Part shown: positions 7,274 through 15,231 of the stretch, one piece after another
How the letters are laid out: the number at the start of each line of letters is the position of its first letter
How positions within the stretch are numbered: the first letter of the stretch is position 1
Source: a virus
Reading direction: 5' to 3' (one strand)
Length of the DNA stretch: 64,000 nucleotides
Virus record (IMG/VR): IMGVR_UViG_3300045988_115849
The notes under the pieces: model-generated
Database searches by the model: none
The model's input: the letters and a program-made list of their open reading frames with translations, nothing else
Told to the model about the DNA's origin: nothing
Position numbers and translations under genes: made by a program

Positions 7274-10200
7274 ATGCCAGATAGTACAATAGAAACACTC
7301 GATATACAAGTGAAAAGTTCGACTGCCAGAGCTGTTACAGCACTTGATAATTTGGCAAACAAATTATATGACGTGAGCAAAGCATTTAAGTCCGTAGATA
7401 CTGGAAGTATGAGAAACTATTCTCGTGAGATAGGCAGGGTTTCTTCGTCTTTAAAATCAATGAGTGGTATCAAAATCAATGTACCTAAATTATCTGGTCT
7501 TAGTAAACAGTTACAGTCATTAACAAATGTTAATTTTACCGCCTTAAATGCAAGTTCAAAACCATTAAAAGAATTGGCTTCTGGACTGAATGCTTTAAAA
7601 GGCGTTTCAGGTGTTACGATACCAAAGCTAGATTATAAAAATATCAATTCAGTTTCCAAAGCAATTGAAAAGATAGGAAAATTAGATACTGGAAATATTC
7701 AAAATTCTGTGAATGGAATATCAAAAGTATCTCATGCAATGTCAGTTTTAAATAACGTTGATTTTAGCGACAGCAAAATATCTTCTGTTATTAACTCTAT
7801 CAGAAAATTAATGGCAGTTGATACAAAAGGTTTTGATACGCAGATTTTTGACAGTATTTATAAGTCTGTGTCTAAACTTGGAAATCTTCCGGATGTTTCA
7901 TCAAGTATCAATAGACTTGTTGCATCATTAGCTAGATTAATCAGTTCTGGAAATAATACTGGTATAGTTGCAAGTAAGCTTCCGGCGGTAGGAAATGCAA
8001 TAAAGCAAACTGCAAATAAATTAGCATCTGTTAAAGGTGTTGAAGAATCAATAAATCAATTCATATCAGCGTTAGCGAGTCTATCTTCTGCCGGCAAAAA
8101 AGTAGAATTAAGTGCTAACGGACTACAAATAATGGCAAAAGAACTTTTGTCATTTTTCAATACCATGTCTAAAGCACCGGCTGTTAGTAAGAATACAGTA
8201 GAAATGACAAAGGCGTTGGCACAATTAGCAGCATCAGGCGGTAGAGTTAGTAGTGCTGTCAATACAATGAATACTTCTTTCGGAAAATTAAAGAACGGAT
8301 TTTCTGAATTAGCAAGCTTAGCATCCAGAGCTGGGTCTGCTGTAAGTAGTGGTATTGGTAAAATGGTAAATGCTATTCGAAATATTGGGTCAGCAAGTGG
8401 AAGTATTTCAACCGTAAATTTCAGCTTAAAAAATCTTATTCAAACAGCTATTGGATTTAAGGCGGTACAAGCATTTGGACAATTTACAAAGGATGCAATA
8501 ACGTTAGGATCGGATATAACAGAAGCAGAAAACGTAATTGATGTTTCTTTTGGTAAATTAAAATACAAAGCGTATGATTTTGCTTCAACAGCTTCAAAGC
8601 AGTTTGGAGTATCTGAGTTGGCAGCTAAAAGATACACAGGAACCATAATGGCAATGTTGAAGTCATCAGGTGTCGCCCAAAATGCAGCATCCGACATGTC
8701 AGTAGCATTAGCCGGATTAGCGGGTGATATTGCATCTTTTTATAATATAGATACTGATACAGCATTTTATAAAATCAGGGCAGGTATTTCTGGTGAGATT
8801 GAACCATTAAAGCAATTAGGTATTAACATGTCTGTTGCAAATATGAGTGCTTATGCTTTGGCAAACGGAATTACAAAGTCGTGGACTTCTATGACTCAGG
8901 CAGAACAGGCTACATTGAGATATAACTATTTAATGTCTGTAACAAAAGATGCACAGGGCGATTTTGCTCGTACTGCCGGTACTTGGGCAAACCAAGTACG
9001 TTTATTAAAATTAAACATTCAGTCATTATCAGCTGTTATGGGTCAAGGAATTATTGCAGCTGTACTTCCGGCAATTAAAGCATTAAACGCTTTAATGAGC
9101 AGGCTTATGCAAGCAGCTAATATGTTCAGAAACTTTATGTATGTTCTGATGGGAAAAAAGATAAAAGGAGCAACAAAAGGTGTTGTAAATGATCTTGGTG
9201 GAGTTGGCGATTCTGCTACTGATCTTTCAGGACTTGGAAGTGCCGGAAACGATGCATCTAAAGGGATGAACAAAGCATCTAAGGCAGCGAAAGAATTAAA
9301 GAAGACCTTATCCGTTCTGCCGTTTGATGAATTGAATCAGTTGAATGACAATAAGCAATCAAGCGATACTGGATCTGGAGGAGGTGCAGGTGGTTCTGGA
9401 AGTGGCGGTGGAGTCGGCGGTGGAATTGGCGGACTCGGTGATTTGAGTGGTCTTGAAGATGAAGATTATGAAACACCAATTAGTCATTGGGCTTCAAGAA
9501 TCAGAAAAGCATTTCTTGATAATAATTGGTATGGTGTTGGCCGTGAGATCGCAAATATGTTAAATGCCGGTCTGCAATTAGCCTATGATGCACTTGATTG
9601 GAAGAATGTTGGCCCTAAAATCACATCATTTACAACAAAATTTACTCAGGCAATCAATGGATTCCTTGATAATTTCGATTTTAAGTTATTAGGTAAAGTA
9701 GTTGGTGCAGGGATTACGGATGTAGTGAGAGCATTTAATCAAATTGCATCTCCTGATGGTGGTATAAACTTCAAAACTCTAGGTACTGGCATTGCAGAAA
9801 GTTTAAAAGGAATGATTCAGGAAATTCCATGGACAGAGTTAGGAAATGCACTCGGAAACTATTTTATGATCTCATGGAGAATCTTAAACGGATTCTTGAA
9901 TCAATTAGCAGCAACAGATAATACAGGCTTAACAGGATTTCAGCAAATCGGCGTTGCTCTTGGAAAAGCTGTAAATGGTATGTTCCAATCCATCGACTTC
10001 GCAACTATCGCAGATACATTTGCAGTAGGAATCAATGGAGTTTTTTCTATACTTGGAAAAATCAATGAAACTGTACATTGGTCTGATATTGCAGCAAATA
10101 TTTCTCACGGGATTAATACTTTTATCACCGGAGTTAACTGGGAAGAAAATGGACAAATATTAAGCACTTTTGTAAAAAATCTTCTTGGAGTATTTTCACA

Positions 10201-11887
10201 GGTAGCGCAAAATACAGACTGGGCAGGACTTGGAAAAGGCATTGGAACATTCCTAAGTAGTATTGATTGGAGTGGAATATTCGGAGAAGTATTTACAACA
10301 ATCAAAACAATATTAGGTGGACTTATCTCAGGATTAGGAACCACAATCGAAGGAAAGTTTATTATAGCTTTTGGTGCTATTAAACTTGTTACAGCAGTGG
10401 ATAAAATTGTAAGCCCTATACTTTCGGCGTTTGGTTTAATACCTAAAGAAGTAGATGGATCGTCTTCTTTATTAATCATAGCATTAAAGAAAATGGCAGG
10501 AGCTTTTTCAAAATCTACATTAGGTACTGCGATTGGAACGTATGTTTTGGATGCGATTAGCCTTTTAAAAGGCATTCCGGGGAAGATTACAACAGATGTT
10601 GCACCGAAGATCGCGGAAGTTATTTCAACAAAATTATTTCCAAAAGCGGTTTCATTTGCAGGTGGAATTGTATCATGGGTAACAGGTACGTTTGCACCAG
10701 CTGTATCAGCTGCATTTAGCAGTGTTCTTGGCGTGCTGTTCTCACCGATTGGATTAGCTATAGTTGGAGTAATCGTTGGTGGATTTTTAATATACAAAAA
10801 CTGGGGTGCAATATCTAAGTTTATCGGAAACGTAAAAGAGAATATTGTGAATGGATTTAACAGCGCCGGAGAATGGTTAAAGGAAAAAGGGAAAAACCTT
10901 ATTGAAGGCTTGCGCAATGGATGGGAAAGTGCAAAATCTGGTTTCGGAACAGCTGTTAGCACAATCGGCAAATTTATTAAAGAGAAAGTTGGAAACGCCG
11001 GTGAATGGTTGAAAGAAAAAGGGCAGGATGCAGTCGAAGGTATCCGTAGTGGATGGGAGTCTGTAAAAGAAAGCAAAGTCGGTCAGGCAGCCGCAGGTAT
11101 CGGAAATTACATCAAAGGTAAAGTCACTGGTGCTGAGAATTGGTTGGTTGAAAAAGGTAAGCAAGCTGTCAATGGGATGAAAAACGGTTGGGAGAACGTG
11201 AAGAACGGAAACTTCCAATCAACCGTAAAAGGATTAAAGAGTTTTACGGTAAATACATTAGCAAACACATCTCCGGCAGCATGGTTGGTTGCCAAAGGAG
11301 CAGAAGCTATGAAAGGTATGCTTTCTGGATTAAAAGGAGATAAATGGACAGATGCTAGAAACTGGTTGAAAAAGTTACCGAGCAATGTAAAAAATGCCGT
11401 TGGAGATATGTATAAAGTTGGGCAAAATATCATTAAGCAGTTTATTAATGGTTTTAAATCTTTACGTATTCCAACACCTCATATTTCTTGGGGAACAAAA
11501 GACTTTAATTTTGGTGGAATGAGCTTAAGCATACCAACTAAATTTAAAGTAGATTGGTATAAAAAAGGTGGATTATTTGATTCTGCATCCGTGATCGGTG
11601 TCGGTGAAGCCGGATCAGAAGCTGTATTACCACTTGAAAATCCAAAAACTATGAAGATGATCGCAGATAGTATCGTTGGTAATTCCGGCGGTATGGTTGA
11701 TGAAAGTATCATTGCTGATGCTGTAGAACGTGGAGTAGTTGTTGCTATGATGAACAATAGCGGAAATCAACCAGATATAAACTTATACGCAACATTATAT
11801 ACAGAAGATAACGAAGTTCTTGCAAGGTCTGTTGCAAAAGGACAAGCAAGAAATAATTACAGATTAAAACCATCAAGTGCATATTGA
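7274..11887 (+). CDS. Tape measure protein
   Basis: 1537 aa, helical and Ala/Ser/Gly-rich. Contains a Gly-rich linker (SGGGAGGSGSGGGVGGGIGG), hydrophobic segments and C-terminal tandem repeats. Canonical position. Confidence 0.95.
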   Translation: MPDSTIETLDIQVKSSTARAVTALDNLANKLYDVSKAFKSVDTGSMRNYSREIGRVSSSLKSMSGIKINVPKLSGLSKQLQSLTNVNFTALNASSKPLKELASGLNALKGVSGVTIPKLDYKNINSVSKAIEKIGKLDTGNIQNSVNGISKVSHAMSVLNNVDFSDSKISSVINSIRKLMAVDTKGFDTQIFDSIYKSVSKLGNLPDVSSSINRLVASLARLISSGNNTGIVASKLPAVGNAIKQTANKLASVKGVEESINQFISALASLSSAGKKVELSANGLQIMAKELLSFFNTMSKAPAVSKNTVEMTKALAQLAASGGRVSSAVNTMNTSFGKLKNGFSELASLASRAGSAVSSGIGKMVNAIRNIGSASGSISTVNFSLKNLIQTAIGFKAVQAFGQFTKDAITLGSDITEAENVIDVSFGKLKYKAYDFASTASKQFGVSELAAKRYTGTIMAMLKSSGVAQNAASDMSVALAGLAGDIASFYNIDTDTAFYKIRAGISGEIEPLKQLGINMSVANMSAYALANGITKSWTSMTQAEQATLRYNYLMSVTKDAQGDFARTAGTWANQVRLLKLNIQSLSAVMGQGIIAAVLPAIKALNALMSRLMQAANMFRNFMYVLMGKKIKGATKGVVNDLGGVGDSATDLSGLGSAGNDASKGMNKASKAAKELKKTLSVLPFDELNQLNDNKQSSDTGSGGGAGGSGSGGGVGGGIGGLGDLSGLEDEDYETPISHWASRIRKAFLDNNWYGVGREIANMLNAGLQLAYDALDWKNVGPKITSFTTKFTQAINGFLDNFDFKLLGKVVGAGITDVVRAFNQIASPDGGINFKTLGTGIAESLKGMIQEIPWTELGNALGNYFMISWRILNGFLNQLAATDNTGLTGFQQIGVALGKAVNGMFQSIDFATIADTFAVGINGVFSILGKINETVHWSDIAANISHGINTFITGVNWEENGQILSTFVKNLLGVFSQVAQNTDWAGLGKGIGTFLSSIDWSGIFGEVFTTIKTILGGLISGLGTTIEGKFIIAFGAIKLVTAVDKIVSPILSAFGLIPKEVDGSSSLLIIALKKMAGAFSKSTLGTAIGTYVLDAISLLKGIPGKITTDVAPKIAEVISTKLFPKAVSFAGGIVSWVTGTFAPAVSAAFSSVLGVLFSPIGLAIVGVIVGGFLIYKNWGAISKFIGNVKENIVNGFNSAGEWLKEKGKNLIEGLRNGWESAKSGFGTAVSTIGKFIKEKVGNAGEWLKEKGQDAVEGIRSGWESVKESKVGQAAAGIGNYIKGKVTGAENWLVEKGKQAVNGMKNGWENVKNGNFQSTVKGLKSFTVNTLANTSPAAWLVAKGAEAMKGMLSGLKGDKWTDARNWLKKLPSNVKNAVGDMYKVGQNIIKQFINGFKSLRIPTPHISWGTKDFNFGGMSLSIPTKFKVDWYKKGGLFDSASVIGVGEAGSEAVLPLENPKTMKMIADSIVGNSGGMVDESIIADAVERGVVVAMMNNSGNQPDINLYATLYTEDNEVLARSVAKGQARNNYRLKPSSAY

Positions 11888-11926
11888 TTTGTGTAAAACT
11901 TTATGCTATGATGAATTTAAGTTAAG

Positions 11927-11986
11927 AGACATACACAGGATGCAAAGGTCATGAAGACCACACAATCCTGTGTATGTCTTTTTTTA
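11927..11986 (+). terminator. Intrinsic terminator after the tape measure gene
   Basis: 14-bp stem AGACATACACAGGA (11927-11940) / TCCTGTGTATGTCT (11966-11979) followed by a T-run. Confidence 0.75.
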
Positions 11987-11997
11987 TTTTAATAATT

Positions 11998-12067
11998 ACA
12001 GCAAACTAGCCATCGTGTGCCGGCGAAAAGAACGTCTTTCCTCGTGTACGTTCCGTTTGCTGTTTTT
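11998..12067 (+). terminator. Second terminator-like long stem-loop, part of the island leader
   Basis: Outer stem ACAGCAAAC (11998-12006) / GTTTGCTGT (12055-12063) plus a T-run. Inner hairpin GAACGT (12030-12035) / ACGTTC (12048-12053). Confidence 0.5.
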
Positions 12068-12122
12068 ATATTTTAACATGAGGGTGCACACGTTAATGTT
12101 CAAATAACCACGAGGTGATAAT

Positions 12123-13151
12123 ATGAGTAAGAAATTAGATTTATTTTTCAAAAGTAACGTATTAGTAATCAATCCTGATCTTGCAAAAATGATTGGCTTA
12201 AATGAAGCAATCGTTCTGAATCAAATCTATTATTGGATTTCCGTAAATAAAAAACAGAACAGAAATTTCCACGATGGTAAATATTGGTGCTATAACTCTA
12301 TCAGAGAGTGGCAGGAAGAAAATTTTCCGTTTTGGTCACATAAGACCGTTGAGCGTATTTTTTATAGTTTACGCAACAAGGGTCTTGTTTTAGTGGGAAA
12401 TTATAACAATCGTCGTAATGGTTCTACATCTACAAAGTGGTATACAGTAAACGATGAGGTTTTAGAAGAAATCATTGATCAGATTTTAGACGAACCAGAA
12501 TCAGACCATACAGTTAGACAGAATAACTTTGAAAGCGACAACTTGACCGAAGCATTACCAGAGACTAACACAGATATTAACAATGCTTTATCTAACGATA
12601 AAGATTATGCTTTTTTATCAACAGAAGATAAAGATAATAATGATGTGTGTAGAGATAAAAAAGACTTCATGCCTATTTCTGGGAGAAATAAGGTCAAAAT
12701 CATAAAGAGAAAGGGAAATAAAACTACTCTTAGTCAGACAATTGAAGATAAAATCCATTTAGGTTTTAGAGTCAATCAAGAGTTTGACGATGATTTGTAT
12801 AACAATTCAAAAGATGAATGTGTAATCGGAGATATTGTTAAATACTTTTTCAAAAAATATCAGTTGGAGAAAGGAACAGACCATCCAATGATCTCTGACG
12901 AAAAATGCGTAGAGTTGGTTGAGAAGTTTTATTTTGTTCCTGAGAATATGCAAGACACAGAACTGGATTTTGATTTATACAAACTTATGATTGATAAATA
13001 CTTTGCAACAGAATATGGCAAAAATAGCGGATTCACAATTAATTACCAGATCATGCACTTTATGAATTATAAAATCCGTGAAAATCTATTCTACAAAGTT
13101 CAGGATGAATACTATGACAATGTTAAGAGTGATTATCCTGTTGAGATATAG
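12123..13151 (+). CDS. Winged-helix DNA-binding protein (replication-initiator/DnaD-like N-terminus), accessory
   Basis: 342 aa, SD GAGGTG. N-terminal ..AIVLNQIYYWISVNKK..GKYWCYNSIREWQEENFPFWSHKTVERIFYSLRNKGLV.. resembles wHTH domains of plasmid/phage replication organizers. The location inside the tail module is atypical. Confidence 0.55.
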   Translation: MSKKLDLFFKSNVLVINPDLAKMIGLNEAIVLNQIYYWISVNKKQNRNFHDGKYWCYNSIREWQEENFPFWSHKTVERIFYSLRNKGLVLVGNYNNRRNGSTSTKWYTVNDEVLEEIIDQILDEPESDHTVRQNNFESDNLTEALPETNTDINNALSNDKDYAFLSTEDKDNNDVCRDKKDFMPISGRNKVKIIKRKGNKTTLSQTIEDKIHLGFRVNQEFDDDLYNNSKDECVIGDIVKYFFKKYQLEKGTDHPMISDEKCVELVEKFYFVPENMQDTELDFDLYKLMIDKYFATEYGKNSGFTINYQIMHFMNYKIRENLFYKVQDEYYDNVKSDYPVEI

Positions 13152-13178
13152 AATCATCAAAGAAAAGGAGAAGAAAAG

Positions 13179-13733
13179 ATGAAAAATACAACATGGAAAA
13201 TACCATTGATTGTTCTAGCTGCGATTGTAGCAATAGCGTTAGTTGGCATATTTATGATTCACATACCACAGAATCATGCAAATTCGATGGAAGAACAGAT
13301 AATGGAATCAAAGGCGGCAATTAACGTTCAGGAAAAGAGAAGACAGGATTTAGTGTATAATCTGGCAGACAGTGTGAAATCTTACAACAAACATGAAGCC
13401 GAAACACTGAAAAATATTGTTAAAGAGAGAAGTTCAAATACCGGGAAAATTGAAAGTACAGGTACAGCGATTGCAGCAATAAAAGAATCTTATCCAGAAT
13501 TAAAAGCTGACAAGAATTATCAACGGCTTATGAAAGAATTAGCAGTTACAGAGAATAAGATTTCTGACGTAAGAGACAATTACAATCAGCAGATCAAAGA
13601 ATACAACAGATATGTCGTGAACTTTCCAGTGAACTTTTTCTTGAAACTGTTAGGATACAAACAGAAAACATATCAATATTTAAAATTTGAGGATGCAACA
13701 GAGACAGCACCGCAGAATTTATTTAGTGAGTAG
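13179..13733 (+). CDS. lemA: LemA family membrane protein
   Basis: 184 aa. N-terminal TM (IPLIVLAAIVAIALVGIFMI), then ..AAINVQEKRRQDLVYNLADSVKSYNKHEAETLKNIVKERS.., matching the LemA family signature. Confidence 0.85.
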   Translation: MKNTTWKIPLIVLAAIVAIALVGIFMIHIPQNHANSMEEQIMESKAAINVQEKRRQDLVYNLADSVKSYNKHEAETLKNIVKERSSNTGKIESTGTAIAAIKESYPELKADKNYQRLMKELAVTENKISDVRDNYNQQIKEYNRYVVNFPVNFFLKLLGYKQKTYQYLKFEDATETAPQNLFSE

Positions 13734-13736
13734 CCT

Positions 13737-14489
13737 ATGAGAAAATTCAAAGGATTTCAGTTTGATACTTTTGAAATAACTCCACGAGAGATTATAGCAA
13801 GCGTTGTTATTGTTGGATTAATGTTTCTGATTGGCTTTACTATCAGTGGGAAAATTGATAATTACATCATGGATCAGAACGAAGAATATAATCGTGCTGC
13901 AAAAATTGAAAGCAATGATCTTTTTCAGTATGGGATGGAAACAGACTTGGGCAATGCATTTGTTTATGGGAAGATAGAGCCGGTTGATACAGTTACATAC
14001 AAAGAAATTGGTGGTAAGTATTATTATATCAGGAAGATCAGAGAAGAATATCGCAGACATGAAAAAACCGAAAGAGTTAAAGACAGCAAAGGAAAAGTTC
14101 ATTACAAAAAGAAAGTCTGGTATTCATGGGATGATGTATGGAGAGAAAGTAGGACTTGTAAAAAGATTAAATTTGCAGGCAAGAAATTCAAGGAAGATAA
14201 GATTAACTTCATGGGAGGTCATTATCTAAAAAGAATTTATCATACTTCTCGTGTCAGGTATGAATACTATGGTATGGAAGCAAAGCCCGTTAAGGGAACT
14301 GTTTACACAAAGCTAAAAAATAATACTATGACAAGCTGTGATTTGAATAAGTCAAATCTAAAAGACACAGTTGAATCATACAAAACAAGTGGTGGAGTTT
14401 GTAAAATTCTGTTTTGGGTATTCTGGATCACTGGGACAGGGTTAGCGGTGTTCGGATTTTATTATTTGGATAATCATTGGTTAGAGTAG
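13737..14489 (+). CDS. Two-TM membrane protein with a central beta-rich domain (GIDE-like layout)
   Basis: 250 aa. TM near the N-terminus (IIASVVIVGLMFLIGFTISG) and near the C-terminus (ILFWVFWITGTGLAVFGFYYL). The basic central domain and LemA adjacency recall bacterial LemA/GIDE-domain gene pairs. Family membership is unverified. Confidence 0.5.
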   Translation: MRKFKGFQFDTFEITPREIIASVVIVGLMFLIGFTISGKIDNYIMDQNEEYNRAAKIESNDLFQYGMETDLGNAFVYGKIEPVDTVTYKEIGGKYYYIRKIREEYRRHEKTERVKDSKGKVHYKKKVWYSWDDVWRESRTCKKIKFAGKKFKEDKINFMGGHYLKRIYHTSRVRYEYYGMEAKPVKGTVYTKLKNNTMTSCDLNKSNLKDTVESYKTSGGVCKILFWVFWITGTGLAVFGFYYLDNHWLE

Positions 14490-14500
14490 GAGGATATGAT

Positions 14501-14716
14501 ATGATCAAAAAAATTAGAAAAAATAAATTAGCTGTATCAATTATTGCAGTAATCTTGGGAATGATCATAGTTTTTGCGGTCAATTTTGGAATTGTCAATT
14601 TTGTTTTGTGGTTGCTACAGTTTATTGTTGCAAAGCCTTTGGTTGTGACATTAAAAGGAAAAGCAGCAGCTACTGTATTGTTAACACTTGTTGTACATAT
14701 TTTTAGCCGCAAATAA
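14501..14716 (+). CDS. Small multi-TM membrane protein
   Basis: ATG at 14501 lies 7 nt after SD AGGAGG. 71 aa, almost entirely hydrophobic (..LAVSIIAVILGMIIVFAVNFGIVNFVLWLLQFIV..). Confidence 0.5.
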   Translation: MIKKIRKNKLAVSIIAVILGMIIVFAVNFGIVNFVLWLLQFIVAKPLVVTLKGKAAATVLLTLVVHIFSRK

Positions 14717-14770
14717 GACCACATGATACACAATAAGACCAAAGAGTATTGTATAATATAAAATTATAAA

Positions 14771-14798
14771 ACGTCTATCGAGAACGATAGGCGTTTTT
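14771..14798 (+). terminator. Intrinsic terminator closing the accessory island
   Basis: Stem ACGTCTATCG (14771-14780) / CGATAGGCGT (14785-14794) with one G-U pair, then TTTTT. Confidence 0.7.
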
Positions 14799-14806
14799 GC
14801 AGTTTA

Positions 14807-14858
14807 TACGGTCAATAAAAGCGAAAATTGATCGCTAACCTTAAATAGTTGGAGGTGG
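14807..14858 (+). promoter_or_regulatory. Conserved late-gene leader, copy 4, upstream of the distal tail genes
   Basis: Hairpin CGGTCAAT (14809-14816) / ATTGATCG (14827-14834). Then CTAACCTT..GAGGT (14838-14842 / 14852-14856), which overlaps SD GGAGGTGG. Confidence 0.55.
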
Positions 14859-14865
14859 ATTTTTT

Positions 14866-15228
14866 ATGGCAGAACACATGATAGAAGTTAATGGTAAAGT
14901 AATGCCATGTCCAGCTTCTTATGAATGGTCATTGCAAGATGTATCAGCATCGGATTCAGGAAGAACAGATGATGCATTGATGCATAAAAATAGAAAAGCA
15001 CAGAAAAGAAAGTTGGCATTGAAATGGAATGCTAAAACACCAGATGTTACTTCTGAAATATTGAAAGCCTTTAATCCAGAATATGTAAAAGTAAGATATT
15101 GGGACATGATGGCAAATAAATATCAGACAAGAACATTTTACACAGGGGACAGAAAAGCACCTGTGAAATGGTGGATAAAAAATAAAAAAATTATAGAGAG
15201 TGTTTCTTTTGACATAATAGAGAGGTAA
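14866..15228 (+). CDS. Small tail component in the distal tail protein (Dit) position
   Basis: 120 aa, strong SD, between the tape measure region and the tail tip gene. Positional call. Confidence 0.4.
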   Translation: MAEHMIEVNGKVMPCPASYEWSLQDVSASDSGRTDDALMHKNRKAQKRKLALKWNAKTPDVTSEILKAFNPEYVKVRYWDMMANKYQTRTFYTGDRKAPVKWWIKNKKIIESVSFDIIER

Positions 15229-15231
15229 ATT

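Noticed and set aside
10105-11076. 323-aa minus-strand ORF (and neighbours at 10877-11218 and 11107-11433) antisense to the tape measure gene
   Set aside because: These ORFs lie entirely inside the 1537-aa tape measure CDS and have low-complexity Pro/Phe/Ser/Asn-rich translations. No SD is present. They arise because the repetitive sense strand leaves the antisense frames free of stops.
13984-14229. 81-aa plus-strand ORF nested out of frame within 13737..14489
   Set aside because: It is an alternative frame of a longer ORF that has coherent TM topology. No SD is present. Other nested out-of-frame ORFs were rejected for the same reason (18044-18277, 21550-21846, 23773-23958, 38999-39292, 43490-43747, 44133-44330).
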